64,000 nt of DNA from Camelus dromedarius (GCF_036321535.1 NC_087437.1:36086001-36150000), one strand, 5' to 3'. Counted from the first letter of the stretch, positions 1-13,837 are shown. The notes: a model not told the origin generated them from the letters alone. Translations and numbers: made by a program.

Positions 1-639
1 TCATAATTACTTCCAATTAACATTAATGAAATTAAGTTGATATGAGGAAATATTATCCAGCAATAAATGTTATTTAACTAATAGGAATGGCTAAGTACTT
101 AATGTTTCATATTTTTATATAAATATTTTGCTAAACTAGGTCTAGCAAAAGATAAACTAAAGGATCTTTTTCTTTACCACTATCCTTGAGCAAAAAAAGA
201 AATGGATTTTTAAAGTGTTGTCTTTTAGGAAAACATTTGTTTAATGTGCCTTTGTACAGAGATAGCTAGGCAAGGATTATCCTGTACCTATCGTATCTGC
301 ATCATCTTGAGCTACCTCTTTAAGCAGTCCATTGCTCAGGAATCAGCAGTTTGCATGAGTCCACTGGTCACTTTTCTCAGTCCATGTTGTATCTCTTGCT
401 TGCATTTCCCCAGAATTTATCTGCCATCTACATCTACATCCAACTACAGGTTCATCTATAAGACTTGCTCAGCAATTCTAAGTCACCCATAAACTTGGAA
501 ATATAAGGTAGTTAGTAGCTCCTGGGGGAACCCTTGATCAAATGAAAATGGAAGTCTGTGGATGAATACTTTTCTGTGTTTGTTAAAAATCCAGAGGTGC
601 ATTTGGTTCAGCTACTTGAAAATTTTCCTGGAGGTTCAT

Positions 640-1038
640 ATCAGTGAAGTTTCAACCAGAGAAACAGAACTAGTAGATTACATAGATACATAAATAGATA
701 AAGCTATTTCTTACAAGGAATTGGCTTATGCAGTCAAGGGGACTGGCTAGGCAATTACAAAATCCTTAGGGCAGGCCATCAGGAGGGGCAGACTGGAACT
801 CTTTTGGGAGCTGAACTGCTGCACATAAGTGGAATTTCTTCTTCAAGGAAGGCCTTTCAACTGATTGAATCAAGCCCACCCAGATTATCTGGAGTAATCT
901 CTCTTACTTAAAGTCAACTGATTATGGACTTTTAATACATCTACAAAATACGTTTACTGTAAAACCTAGATAAATGTGTGTGATGAAATAACTTAGCATG
1001 GTAGCTTCGCCAAGCTGATACATCAAGAGCCCATCACA
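640..1038 (-). mobile_element. MLT2-family (ERVL) solo LTR
   Basis: Ends in ...gccaagctgatacatcaagagcccatcaca, the reverse complement of the MLT2 start (TGTGATGG...TGTGTCAACTTGGC). Contains the typical ggcctttcaactgattg...gcccacccagattat block. Confidence 0.8.
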
Positions 1039-1412
1039 ATGTTTGAACATTGTTTGTCCAGAACAGAAACCAGCTCAGTAACATACCCTTAGTTTGACAT
1101 TCCTGTTTAACTCTTCCCTGACACTCTAGTCCTTATCCCCAGGAAAACATCCTCACATAAACCACCTGCAGGCCAACCCTTGTCATAGCTCCACCTTGGG
1201 AGACAGGGTGACAACTGGCCTAGTAAGGTAATTGATATCATGGTGACCTTAGAAAGCAGCCCCTCAAAGTGGGATTCTGGAAATAGACAACCCACAGGTC
1301 AGAGAGCAATAAGGACTCCCCTGATGTTGATAGTAGTGGTGGTGATAACCCCTGATGTGCAGAAGCGTTACCCTTATTAAGAATCTCACTGGCGGAAAAT
1401 TTTGATCAGGTG

Positions 1413-1872
1413 TGCCTTAATTTCCTGTGACTGTCATAACATATTACTGCAAACTAGGTGGCTTATAGCAGTAGAAATGTATTCTTTCACAGTTAAGAGG
1501 CCAAGAGTCTGAAATCAAGGAGTTGGCAAGGCTGTGCTTCCTTCGGGTGCTCTAAGAGAGAATCTGTTCTATGACTCCCTCCTGGCTTCTGGGGCTACCT
1601 GCATTCCTTGGTGTTTTAATTTCTTGTTACATTACTCTGATTTCCACTTTCTTCACCTGGCCCTCTCTTCTGGGTATCTGTCCTAAAACAACCTCTTCTG
1701 CATTCTTATATGGATACTTGTGATTGTATTGAGGGCTCACCCAGATAATCTATAATAAACTCCCCCTCTCAGGATTCTGAGTTATATCTTATGCCAAATA
1801 AGACAATATTCACAGGTACAGGCATTAGAAAATATACATCTATTTTTTAGGGCCAACTTTCAGCATGCTACA
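1413..1872 (-). mobile_element. MLT1 (MaLR, MLT1C-like) solo LTR
   Basis: TG...CA ends, the MLT1 motif aaactaggtggcttatagcagtagaaatgtattc...gagtctgaaatcaagg, and a 5-bp TSD AGGTG at 1408-1412 and 1873-1877. Confidence 0.85.
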
Positions 1873-2681
1873 AGGTGGAGGAGTCGAATTCTGGCTTATA
1901 ATACAGGGATTATAATTGTAAATTTTGAGGACAATGGACATTATAAGGACTGAAGTCAATACTTTTGAATTGATTTTAAATGTCCTGAAAAAAAGAAAAT
2001 GATAGATTCAGATTAGCAACCTATTTATTCAAGGCACACTATGAATGTCAGAACATCTCCATGGGAACAGTCCAGGAGACTCTTTGTCACCTTCATCTGT
2101 AAAAGAGACTGTGCTGAAAAAAATCAGACTGAAATCTAATTATAGTGATGACAGAGCTTCAAAGAACACCAAATATATCTCTTTGTATATCTGCACCTAA
2201 GTAGGATCCTGATAGGGAAAAAGTAGGATGCTGGTACATAGAATTGGGGTAATTTGTGTCAACATAGCTGAGAATCTTGAAAGCACCAAATACCCCTGTT
2301 ATTCCCAACCAAGGGAAACAACTCTTTCCTTCTTGCTGTAAGAGAGCAAGAGCCTTCTCTCACCTGGAAACCATGTAGAGACCTCACTTGAAGCAATTGC
2401 CACAAAGATGCTGTCTGTCTACCTCAATACTTCAGTTTTCAGACTTATCTGCATTTTATCTCAAAACCAATAAATAGGCTTAGGTTTCTGTAAAGACCAA
2501 TTAGGGAAAAACCACATTATGTTCCCAGGAGGGGCTCAAAAGAAACTTTTCACCAAGATAATAAATGCATTGGTTAGAGCACATGAAGATATTTCAGAAG
2601 CTCAGTAGGCTAGAGTTGACAGTAGAAACAGATTTACCTTGGTATTTCAGTTACCATGGTACTGCCGTGGAACTGGTTTAC

Positions 2682-3216
2682 TTTGTTTTTTTGTTTGTTT
2701 CCTAGCAAGTTTTTTTTTTTTTTTTGAGGTATAGTCAGTTTACAATATTGTGTCAATTTCTGGTGTACAGCATGATAGATTAATCATACATGTACATACA
2801 TATATTCATTTTCATGTTCTTTTTCATTATAGGTTACTACAAGATATTGAATATAGTTTCCTGTGCTATACAGTATAAAGTTGTTGTTTATCATTTTTAT
2901 ATATAGTAGGTAGTATCTGCAAATTGTGAACTCCCTATTTATCCTTTGCCACCCCCTTACATCCCTGGTAACCGTAAGTTTGTTTTTTATGTCTGGAAGT
3001 CTGTTTTATAAATTAGTTCATTATTATTTTTTTTTTTTTTAGATTCTACATATATGTGATATCATATGGTGTTTTTCTTTCTCTTTCTGGCTTCACTTAG
3101 AACGACAATCTCCAGGTCCATCCATGTTGCTGCAAATGGCATTATTTTATTATTTTTTATGGCTGAATAGTATGACTGGATAAAGAAGTTTAGTATATTT
3201 ATACGATGGAACTACT
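2682..3216 (-). mobile_element. Short young LINE-1 3' end with a ~43-bp 5' inversion
   Basis: T-tract followed by an L1 3' UTR clearly homologous to 34440-34905. Segment 3174-3216 is the adjacent L1 sequence in the opposite orientation. Confidence 0.9.
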
Positions 3217-4759
3217 TTATTTTGAATTGGTAGAATTGTTGGTATTCTCAAAAAACAGAAACCAAGAGGTGGCCCTCAGTGGTAAGTGGTGAGATGGAAG
3301 TAATTGCCAAAATAGATTTTAGGTTGGAGTGGAAACCAGGGTGTCTTGACCTGCAGTGTTTCTAGAGCTGAGATGGGCAGTCAGCTAGAGTCTTACTTAG
3401 TCTATTACAGGAGCTATGAGCCTACTACCCTATCATAGAAAACCCTACCAAATATAATCTTTGAGCCAGTGATGGCTGAGTTAATAAATTAAATGACATT
3501 CTATAAAAAATGACCATAAATTGATATTAAATTTGAAATTGGCTAATTGACTTGTAATTTTTATTTTTTATACTGAAGGTTGTAGGGATGAGGCCAAGTA
3601 TGGAGAAGTACTCCTATAAATACGTAATGCAATTCTTAAGAATTGTACATTTTGTACTTTGTATGATTCTGAAGACTAGACTGACTTATTCTGTATCTCT
3701 TTTCCCGATACCCCAAGGAGTTAGCTGACATCTACCACTACGAACCCATAAATCTTCTGTGAATTTAGCTGCTGGCTTTTTAAGGGAAAAAAATGCTGAT
3801 AAAGGAATTTATTTGCTCAAAATTTACAAGTAAAGAAATGAACCATCTTAATATTTAACTTGGTAACCTTAGAGGAGAATTATTGCTGATGAAAGGCTCT
3901 TAAGTTTATAATGCATCTTAGTCAAACTTTCAATTCTTCCTCAAAAATATGAGGCACATTCAAAAGAAGAAAAAAAGGGAGTCTAACCATAATTTCCTGA
4001 AAAAAAGTTCCTACAAATGGATGCAATTATGCATATTTTAAATGGAAATTACCTAAGCTTTCAGTAAGCACTGATAATTATCACATTTGAAAATAATCTA
4101 AATTCCATGGCATGTTAATTTTCATCATTAATGTGTGAAGTATTATACTCTAATTAATTTTGTAATTAAAAGGATGATATTTAAAATGTCAAATCTAAAA
4201 AAACATGAAATGCAGCTTTAAAACAGATGTATTATCATAATGCAAACTGTCTGTCATTAACATAAGCTAACATGGATTTGTTGATGTGTATTTAAAGTAG
4301 ATACTTTAATTGTTGGAAAGAATATTCTCTATAGGGAGGGACAGAATTTTATGAAATGATACAGGAAAATCAAAGGTAATTGCATTAATGATTTCTCCTG
4401 AAAGATATGTGTTTCAGGATTATACTAGTAGCTTATCCTGAAGAGGTTTATGGCTTGGTCCTATGATTCTGGGCTCTCCTCCTCGTCTACAGGTCTTAAG
4501 AAACAGTGAAGGGGTGATTCCACCAAGGCACACAATATGATTTCCCTAAATTCAAATCTTTACTGCCTCATTGCAGTCAGTACTCCTCACTGCATCACTG
4601 AAAACAGAATAAAATATATAGTATATGGTGACTGACCATGACCATGGAGAAGAGGGATGGGTTAGCCAATGAAGATCTGAATGAAATTCATATTTATGAC
4701 ACATTTGGAGTACTTCATAGTATTCCTATGCTTAGAGGCAAAAGTTATTAGGAGAGAAT

Positions 4760-5460
4760 TGCTACCCATCCCAGGGAAGGCCACCATAGTTCTTGCAACT
4801 TGTTCTTATGCAAGAACATTATTATTTTCCTTCTTACTGTAATATTACGTAGGGATCGTTAGTGGTGAGAACACAAAGGAAAATGAGAGGGGTCATCACC
4901 TGGTGGTCTGGACTTGGACAGCAATGGCTTCATGACATTTTCCCTTTATTTTCAGTAGCAAGTTGCAACCTTGCATTTTTCTCTCACTAGGAAGGCAATG
5001 AATCCATAACTTTTGTTGATTTGAAGGAAAGCTGCATGCTAAATGGGAAATTTTTCTGGATTTGTATATATGAAAAGGAAGTTTGAAGGCATAGTGGCCA
5101 CAGGGTGAAATATAGCGGCCTCTACTTTATTAAATAAATTTTTCCTTCCACTTGGGAGCTTTGTTTTCTCCATTTTGTGTGAATCTTGAGGAAAGATAAT
5201 TACAGGACCCTAAAGTCAAAAATATACGTGTAGACTAGATTAGGCTACTTGTAATCTCTCACCTGGGAGTGTAAATGGTGACCAGACACACAAAATTTAT
5301 TGAAGAAGCATCATCTAATCATCTAATGTTAGAATCATACAGAGATGAGCCATGATTTCCTGCTGCTGAAAGCCCTGGCTCTGCCCTTTTTCCAGTTCTT
5401 ATCTGGTTAAGCGCACATTCCTCCAGTCCTGTGACCGTACCCTATTCATTGAGGTTTTTG
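4760..5460 (+). mobile_element. ERVL internal 3' end plus an LTR16/LTR33-like LTR remnant
   Basis: PPT-like atagtggccacagggtgaaa at ~5090-5110, followed by LTR-like sequence (cctgctgctgaaagccctggctctgccc...). Very diverged. Confidence 0.4.
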
Positions 5461-6311
5461 TTTTTATTTTTGTTTGTGGAGCTGAATATTTCCTTAATTT
5501 TGGTTCTTAGTTTAAAGTTTTCATATCTAATTTTCATAATCAGAAAAAAAAGAATATGATTAGTGTTATAAAAACTGGATAAACCTTTAAAAGATTGACT
5601 ATTTATATTTAGCATAGAATGAAAGAAAAATCATAATTAATAGATTATAAATTCTCGCTATTACAAGTGTAACATTGTTTAGAATAAAGCTAAGGAGAAA
5701 CTGAGTGCTATTCAAGAAAACTTAAAGAAAAGTATTAAATAGTACACCAGTATGACAAAAAAAACATACTAGTTAAAAATAATTAAATGTGGAACACTCA
5801 TAAGATGCTAAGAAAATGAGCCAAATATGAGAGTAATTAAGAAGGTGATGATCTGGGTGTCTTCGTATATGTGTGTGTATAAAGAGAGAGTCAAGCCCAT
5901 GGAGAAAAAAATACTGTGGCTACTTTGGGCTTGGATTTATGAATAATTTGTTTCCTTGTTTATAATTTCTATATGCAAAAACATTTCTGTGTACAAAATT
6001 AAAAGCATATTCTCAAGTCTTGAAATTGTTAAATTAGAAACTGTAAGGGAGCTTAGAGTTTACCCTTATGTATGTATATGTGTAGAAAGAGAGATAATAG
6101 AGAAAGATGCAAACACACACATGCACACATAGACACACATAACAGCAGAAACATGAGACCTCTGGGTCAGATATCAGAGCTTTATTTACTCTAGCAACGT
6201 AGGGGAAGAATAATATTCTAGCATTAGTCCCTCACACCTAGCACACCACAGGCAGCCAAATGAGATCCAGATGGCCAGTCTACACATATAGTGGGATTAT
6301 ACTGAAGGAGA

Positions 6312-6922
6312 GTGTTTTGCGAGTCTCAGCCTACTGATAGTGATGTTCTCGGCTAGGAATACATGAGGCACTCATCCAGACTCATATTTACTCATAGGGA
6401 GCCCCACAGACTTTCCCCACCGATACCACAAAGGCCAATATTGTTGCTGGAGCAGCCCTCGTGGCTCTAATTCCACACCTCAGCAAAACTATCCCAGAAC
6501 TTTGAAGAACAAGATTTATTAACCATAGGTCTTGAAGTGTACACTGCATGTTCAGGGTCACAGTGAGGTGATGGGTAGAGTGAGGAAGGAGATAGGGCAC
6601 TCAGCCTTTATTAGGGTCCAAGGGTGGAGTACCTAGGATTTCTCCAGATGACTCTTTATCGGTGAATTTAAAGCAGTAGAGTTGGAATTAGGGCACAAGA
6701 AGGAAGAAGTGAGGTCACTCATGAGGTCAATTGGTCATCAGTTATCTAGGTTACCTAGAGCTTTCTGAAAGAGGAGTTTCATGGGTGGGGGCAGACTGGT
6801 TCCTTATCTAGATGTTTTACTAGTAGCTGTATTATACAGCTGGAAATATGCTTATTCTAGATGGATGTCTCTGAAATGGCTGCTTCAGCAATCAAAAGCT
6901 TAATGTCAGTCACTTACATTAC
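6312..6922 (-). mobile_element. ERV1-type LTR (MER89-like), apparently nested in an older LTR (~6140-7070)
   Basis: The minus strand starts TGTAATGTAAGTGACTGACATTAAGCTTTTG and has two AATAAA signals. The flanks on both sides look like one interrupted older LTR. Confidence 0.55.
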
Positions 6923-7159
6923 AATCAGAAAGCTTCATATCAGGCATTTATACGACAGAGAGGCTTCCCAAAATGCGAATCTGCAAGTTTATATGGGAGT
7001 GGGACAGCTGTTCCCTCCTTCTTCTAAGACAGAAAAGTTCCTACTGTAAAGAAATTCTCCATGAAAAGAGAAAGGGAAAGATCCAGGATTCTGACATACT
7101 GGCATACAAATAAATAAAGCCCCATGAAGGATAAGACAGAAATTATTAATCTTTTCTTA

Positions 7160-8385
7160 GTATGGTACATTTGGTGTAATTCATAGGCTAATATCAACAC
7201 ATTACTAAATTAAAGTCCATAGTTAATTCAGATTTTCTCATTTTTCCCCAATATCCTTTTTCTCATTCAGTGTCCCAAAAGGATACCACATTACATTTAG
7301 TTGTTGTGTCTCCTTAGGCTCTTCCTGATTTTGAGTTTCTCAGACTTTCCTTATTTTTGATGACTTTGATAGTTTTGAGGAAGATCAGACAAAATTTTAT
7401 AGAATGGCCTTCAATTCATATTTGTCTGATGTTTTGCCCATGATTGGGTTGGGGTAGTGTGTTCTAGAGAAGGAGACATACTATCAATGTGACTTAACCA
7501 CTGTGGATGTTGACCTTGATCATCTAGACTGAGATAGTGTTTGCCAGTTTTATTCACTGTAAATTTACTCTTCTTTCCTTCCTTTCCATAACTGACCCTT
7601 TGAAATAAATTACTATGCAAAGCCCACACTTAAAAAGTGAGGAGCTATACTTCACCTCTTTAAGGGAAAAATCTTTATGTTAAGTTATATAGAATACTGC
7701 ATAGAAGATTTATCTATTCACTCATTTATTTATGTAGTCAATCATTAATTTATTTTATTATGGGCATTTACTTTATTCTGGATTATAATCAAATACTACT
7801 TTATTTTGTTGCTTGAATTCTTCCAGCTTCATCAGCTCCTGTATTCCTTTGACACAAGCTTTTAATTTTTTTTAACACTTCCTTTTTAGCTCTACAAGGT
7901 GTTCCAAGATCATATCATATATTATCTGTCCCAACCCTAGAATCAGCCTTTTTGCCCAGGAGCCCTGTTTTTTTCTATCAGAGAAGGAGAGTAGAAACCA
8001 AGATCTTGGTAGTAGGCATGCTTATTGCTGCTGGACTTTGTTGTTTCCAGGACCTCTCAATGATAAATCAAGGGAATATATGTGTGTATACTAACTATAT
8101 ATCTACACTTGTTCATAAATATTTCTGTATCCATTTGAGTTTGTATTAAATTAAACATGAGTTCATATTGATGTCTTCATCTTTAATCTATTACCACATG
8201 ATCATTCTAGACCTCTCCTTGCTTGTCTGAACCTTTTGAACCCTTGTATTACAACAGTGAGAAACCTGGCTCCCACCATCTGCTATCAATTTATTTAATT
8301 GTTCAGTTATTGTATACATGTATAGTGTTTTCAGGGCTGTTAACCTGTGCGCCATGGGAAACAGGCTTATCAACTCAAGTACTGA
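7160..8385 (-). mobile_element. Old L1 (L1MC/L1MD-like) 3' UTR
   Basis: Characteristic ggataccacattacatttagttgttgtgtctccttagg and ccctagaatcagcc...ggagccctg blocks. Confidence 0.75.
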
Positions 8386-8399
8386 GAAATGTGTCACAT

Positions 8400-10670
8400 A
8401 ATTTGTAAGTAGTTTAGGGATTTTTTCCAGATGTTTTCTTCTGCTATTGATTTGTTTAATTCCTGTGTGGTCTGAGGGCATGCTCTGTAGGATGTCTGTT
8501 CTTTTAAATGTGTTAAGGTGTGTTTTATGACCCAGCATGTAGTCTGTCTTGGCTGAAAGTTTTATGTGAGCTTGAGAAGAATGTTTGTTCTTTGTTGAAG
8601 AAGTTTTCTATATAAGTAAATTAAGTTAAATGATAATGCTGTTCAGGTGACCTATATCGTTAATTTTTTTTTTTTATAATTTTCTGCCTGCTAACCCATC
8701 AATTACTTATAGAGGGGTGTTTAAGTCTCTAATTAAAATAGTTTAATTTGTCTATTTCTTCTTGCAGTCCAACCAGGTTTTGTCTCATGCATTTAATCTC
8801 TAGTTAAATGCATATATATATAGGATTGTATTGTCTTAGAGAATTTGGCAGCTTTTACATTATATAACGGTTCCTATTTATCCCTGATAATCTTCTTTGT
8901 TTACATGTCTGATTTATCTGAAATTATACCTACTTCAACTTTCTTTTATTAGTTTTATTATTGTATGCGTTTCTCCATTCCTTTACCTTAAACTTACTGT
9001 GTCTTTATATTTGAAGTAAGTTTCTGGTGAGCAATACATAATTGATTTTCAGGTTTTTTTTTTTAATCCATTCTGACAATTTCTGTCTTTTAATTTGTGT
9101 TTTTAAAAATTCACAGTTAAGTGATTATTGATATTTCTGGATTACTAACTACCATGTTTGTAACTGTTTCTATTCATTGCTGTTGCTTGTTTTCTCCTCT
9201 TTTTATCCCTTGTCTGGTCTTAATTAAGCATTTTAAATTATGTAATTTTATTTCACTCAACATATCAATTATATATCTTTTTAAATGTATCTGATTATTT
9301 CCCTGGAGTTCATAATACACATTTTCAACTAATCTAAGTCCACATTCATGTAACACTATACCACTTTACATGTAGTCCAAGTACCTTTTAACAGAGTAGT
9401 TAAAATTATTTCCTGTTGCCCCTTATGACACTGTCACTCAGTTCATGTATTTGTATGTTATAATCACCCAATACATTGTCACTGGTATTGACTTTAACAG
9501 TTATCTTCTAGATAAATTAAGAATACAAAATAAAATATCTATGTTGCCTTCATTCATTTATTCTCTGGTGCTTTTATTTCTTTACATAAGTCCAAGTTCA
9601 TAATCTGTATCATTTTCCTCCTCCTTGAAGAATTTCTCTTATCATTTATTGCAGGGCAGGTCTGGGCAATAAAAATTCCCGTTTTTGTCTGTAAAAGTAT
9701 TTCTTTCACTTTTGTGAGATAATTTTCCTGATTCTAGAATTCTATTCATTTTTTAATACTTTTAATATTTCACTCTACTTTCTTATTACTTGCACTGTTT
9801 ATAGTAAGTCCACTGAAATTTTAATGCTTGTTCCTCTATAACTAAGATATTTTCCCCTCTATTGTTTTTCAAGATCTTCCCTTTGTCTTTGATTTTCTAT
9901 AACTTGAATGTGCTGGGCCTTTGTGTGTGTGTGCAAGTGTGTGTGTGCATGCATATTTATCCAGCTTGATATTGTCCATGATTCCTGGATGTTTGATTTG
10001 AAGTCTATCATTAATATTGGAAAGTTTTCAGCTATTATTAATTCAAGTATTTCTTCTACTCTATTCTCTTTTTTTCCTACTGGTATTCCAAGTATTCATA
10101 TGTTAAATCTTTTGATATTGTCCTATAGTTCCCAATGCTTTGTTCTGTTTTCATTTTTTCCCTTTGATGAATGAGATATTTCTTTTGATCTATCTTTAAG
10201 TCCACTGATTCTCACTTAGCTATGTTGAGCCTACTGATGAGGCCATGAAAGACATTCTTCATTTGTGTTGTTGTATTTTTTATTTATAATATTTCTTTTT
10301 GATTACTTTTTAGTTTCTATCTCTCTGCTTATATTACCTATATGTTCTTTTATGTTGTCTACTTTTCCATTAGGTTCTTTGAAATACTAGAAAATTTAAA
10401 ATAACTGTTATTAATTATAATTATATAATTAATAAAATAACTGTTATTAATAACTCTCACATTTGTATCATATCTTGGGCTTGTTCCAATGATTGCTTTG
10501 TTTCTTCAGATTGTATGTTTTGGTCTTGCCTTTTGTCACACTTGAAACTTTTTGTTGAAAGCTAGACATAATATCTGGGAAATTAGGGAACAGGACATTA
10601 GGTAAATAGGCCTTTAGTTTGAGGATTGAAGTTAAACTGGTTAGGAGATGAGCTATGTTTAATGTTTAAT
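8400..10670 (-). mobile_element. Old L1 5' portion (ORF1 to endonuclease domain), decayed
   Basis: ORF 8191..8538 gives the L1 endonuclease-like peptide MLGHKTHLNTFKRTDILQSMPSDHTGIK. ORF1-like antisense sequence continues to ~10670. Confidence 0.75.
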
Positions 10671-10889
10671 GTCCTACCATGTATATATAAAAATTGTAAT
10701 CCACAACACATCTTTCAGAACAGTCCTCTTTCCTACTCTGATCCTGACCATGAACTGGATCTTTGAAATATGCAAATTGGTTCCATCTAATACTGCATTT
10801 TATGGAGGAATTACCATATTATCTGAATTCTTCACCACAAAAGAGAACCCTGGAACATATTCCACAATCAAGAATTTTTCCATGTAGAA

Positions 10890-11020
10890 TACTGATTCTC
10901 AAACTAGCTGCACTGCAGAATGACTAATTCTATTGATTAAAAAGTAGAGCTAGAAGTGTATATTTGTTTTCTAAACTTTTCAGGTGATTAAAATATGCAA
11001 AAGCATTTAAAAACCAGTGC
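10890..11020. mobile_element. MER5-like hAT/Charlie MITE remnant
   Basis: Degenerate TIRs (ctgattctcaaact...ttaaaaaccagtg) with internal caggtgatt. Confidence 0.45.
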
Positions 11021-11029
11021 TACCTTGAA

Positions 11030-12035
11030 AACACTGGACTAGATAAAAATTAAAAATTTTGTGCTTGAAAAGACACTAATAAGAATATGAAAAGGCAAAC
11101 CAGAGTGAGATAAATATTAGCAAATCATATTTCTGATAATGGACTTATATCCAGAATATAGAAATGATCATTACAATTCAATAATAAAAAGACAGACAAT
11201 CCATTTAAAAAATGAGCAAAAGATTTGAATAGACATTTCACCAGAGAAGATGTAGGAATGGCCAGCAAGTACCTGAAAAGATACTCTACCTCATTTGTAT
11301 TAGGGAAATATATTTTAAAATTATAATGAAATAACACCTCACAGTTGCTAGACTGGCTATAATAAAAACACAAATAATCATAAAGTATTGGCAAGGATGG
11401 AGAGACATGAATCCTCATATATTGGAATGTAAAATGGTTCAGCCATTTTGGAACACAGGTTAGCAATTTCTAAGAATGTTAAACATGCATTTACCCTATA
11501 ACTCAATTCTACTCTTAATATCTACCCAAGAGAAATGAAAACAAATGTCTGTCCACACAGATACTTACATACATGTGAATGCTCATTAGCAGCCTTAGTC
11601 ATAATAATCAAAAAATAGAAATAACCTAAATATCCATCAGCTGGAAAATGGATAACCAAAACGTGGTATATCCAAACAATATGACTATTGGGCAATAACA
11701 GAGCAAAGTATGGGTGCATGCTACAACATGGATAGAAAATACCCAAAACATTGTTAAGTGACAGAAGCCAGATCCAAAAAAACACATATTGTGTAATTTC
11801 ATTTATATGAAATGTCCAGAAAAGACAACAGAAAGTAGATTGGAGTTCCCTAGGCCATTAGTGGAAAAGAGGAATGACTGTAAATGGCACAAATGATCAT
11901 TTCAGGGTGATGAAAATGCTCTCAAATTAGATTGTAATGATGATTGCTCAACTCTTAAATTTACCAGAAATCACTGTACACTTAAGCTGGACAGATTTTA
12001 TAGTATGTTAATTTATACCCCCCAAACCTATTAAA
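11030..12035 (+). mobile_element. Old L1 (L1MB/L1ME-like) ORF2 end and 3' UTR
   Basis: gatttgaatagacatttcaccagagaaga, tacccaagagaaatgaaaaca and gggtgatgaaaatgctctcaaattagattgt motifs. Confidence 0.85.
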
Positions 12036-12344
12036 GACACTGATACAGAACATGAGGAACAGAGACAAATACTAAAATTTCACAACCAATAATAACCTGC
12101 ATACCTAGAGAAAGATAGTTGTATAATATTAAGCCACTATATATTATGAGTAGTCACATATTGAAAGATCAATGTACATAACAGAAGACACATCACTACT
12201 GTTTTTTCAAAATTGAATATTAAATACATAAGAAATTAACAACTTTGGTTCCCCTATGCCTGGCATATACTGTGTGCTTAGCAGAGGTAGATTCTAGAGC
12301 TATATAAAGCTACACTGAACATCATGCCTGCTATGTCTAGTATG

Positions 12345-12485
12345 GGTCTTCTCTGTGATTTTGGTTTCTGTATCTAAAAATTGGGGATACCAATGTTCTC
12401 CCCACTGTATTATTTATAGTCAGAAATGTAAGACAAATAAAAGAGCACTTAACACAGGCCTTAGCATGTAGGAGAAAATGCTCCC
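12345..12485 (+). mobile_element. MIR SINE fragment
   Basis: Degenerate core ggtttctgtatctaaaaattgggg and 3' agagcacttaacacaggccttagcatgtag. Confidence 0.6.
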
Positions 12486-12521
12486 CATGATATGTAGATT
12501 CATGAAAAAGTTCTTGCAGGC

Positions 12522-13019
12522 TGTAGTGGTTTCCGAGGGCTCCCATAACAAATTGTCACAAATTGGGTAGCTTAAAACAGCAGAAATTAAGACAAATTCC
12601 CTCATAGTTGTGGAATCTAGACGCCTGAAATCAAGAGGAGAGCAGGGTCACACTGTCTCTGAAAATTCTAGGGGGGAATTCTTCCTTGTCTCTTTCTATC
12701 TTCTGGTGGTTGTCAGCCATCTGTATTGTTCTTTGGCTTAGAGCCACATCACTCTACTCTCTGCCTCTGTCGTTAAATAGCCTTCTTGTTTCTGTGTCTT
12801 CACATTGTTTTCCTTCTGTGCATCTTTGTGTCCAAATTTATCTGTTAGTAAATAATGTTAGTTATTAGATTAGGGCCTGCCCTTATTTCATATGACCTTA
12901 TCTTAATGTGATTACATCTTTAAAACACTGATTTTCAAGTTAGGTCACATTCATAGGTGCTGGGGGTTAGGACTGGAACATATCTGGGGGGTGATGAGGA
13001 TACAACTCAAGCCATAAAA
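12522..13019 (-). mobile_element. MLT1 (MLT1B/C-like) solo LTR
   Basis: MLT1 motifs (cacaaattgggtagcttaaaacagcagaaatt; ggtcacattcataggtgctgggggttaggact) and a 5-bp TSD CAGGC at 12517-12521 and 13020-13024. Confidence 0.85.
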
Positions 13020-13625
13020 CAGGCTAAGAAAACCAATTATGTAAAATCTGACTTGGAAAACAAAGTACTAGTACTAGGAGCAACTTAAATAGTTTCATTG
13101 TGATCAAAATTATTTCCTATAGGGCTCTTCTAACATGAGCCTCTTATTAAATTTTGAAATGTATTTGAGTCATTAAGATTTTATTTATACTAATGGATAT
13201 ATATGTTTCCTAAGGATTTGTTTTTTTGGTGCTGCATGTTGGGAATTTCAAAAATCTATATAAAACCTAATGTTTCCAGTATAACTTTTAGATTATTTAC
13301 ATTTATACCATACTAATTTCCTGAAAACATTTGAGAAACAGAATTTTAAAACAATTCAAATATGTTTAATTAGCAAAATGAGACATAGGATTCAAATACT
13401 GTTCATTTGTACATGCCTTTCAGGCATATTTTACTATTGGCTGGCAAATAGATTGATTACAGATACATGCGTAAGAGACAGTATAACTAATTTCACAGTC
13501 AGGAGTTAATCTTATTCCATGTTTGGTTTTTCAAAGTTCAATATAACTTGTATCAGGTCCCTAATATAACTTAGCTTGCACTTGACTAATGAAAATTAGA
13601 GTCATGGTAAACTTCATTCCAAATT

Positions 13626-13837
13626 ACAATGACCCTTGAACAACAGGTTTAAACTGCTCGGATCCACTTCTATGCTGACTTTTCTTAATAAATACTTGTT
13701 ACGGTACTATATGATCTGTGTTGATTGAAACCACAGATGTGGAACTTCTGACACAGAGGGTCAACTATAAAGTTATACATAGATTTTCAACTCTGTAGTG
13801 GGGGTCGACACACCTAACCCCCACATTGCTGAACTAT
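13626..13837 (+). mobile_element. Tigger2-family MITE (MER8/Tigger2a-like)
   Basis: Starts TA|caatgacccttgaacaacaggtttaaactg, matching the Tigger2 TIR CAGTTGACCCTTGAACAA. Ends in cctaacccccacattg with a damaged right TIR. Confidence 0.75.

Larger units (their letters stand above)
1240..3460 (+). mobile_element. Degraded ERVL-type internal (leader/gag-like) sequence interrupted by the MLT1 LTR and a young L1
   Basis: Resembles ERVL internal consensus at ~1250-1290 (agaaagcagcccctcaaagtgggattctgg), ~1920-2450 and ~3250-3420. No open frame. Confidence 0.5.
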
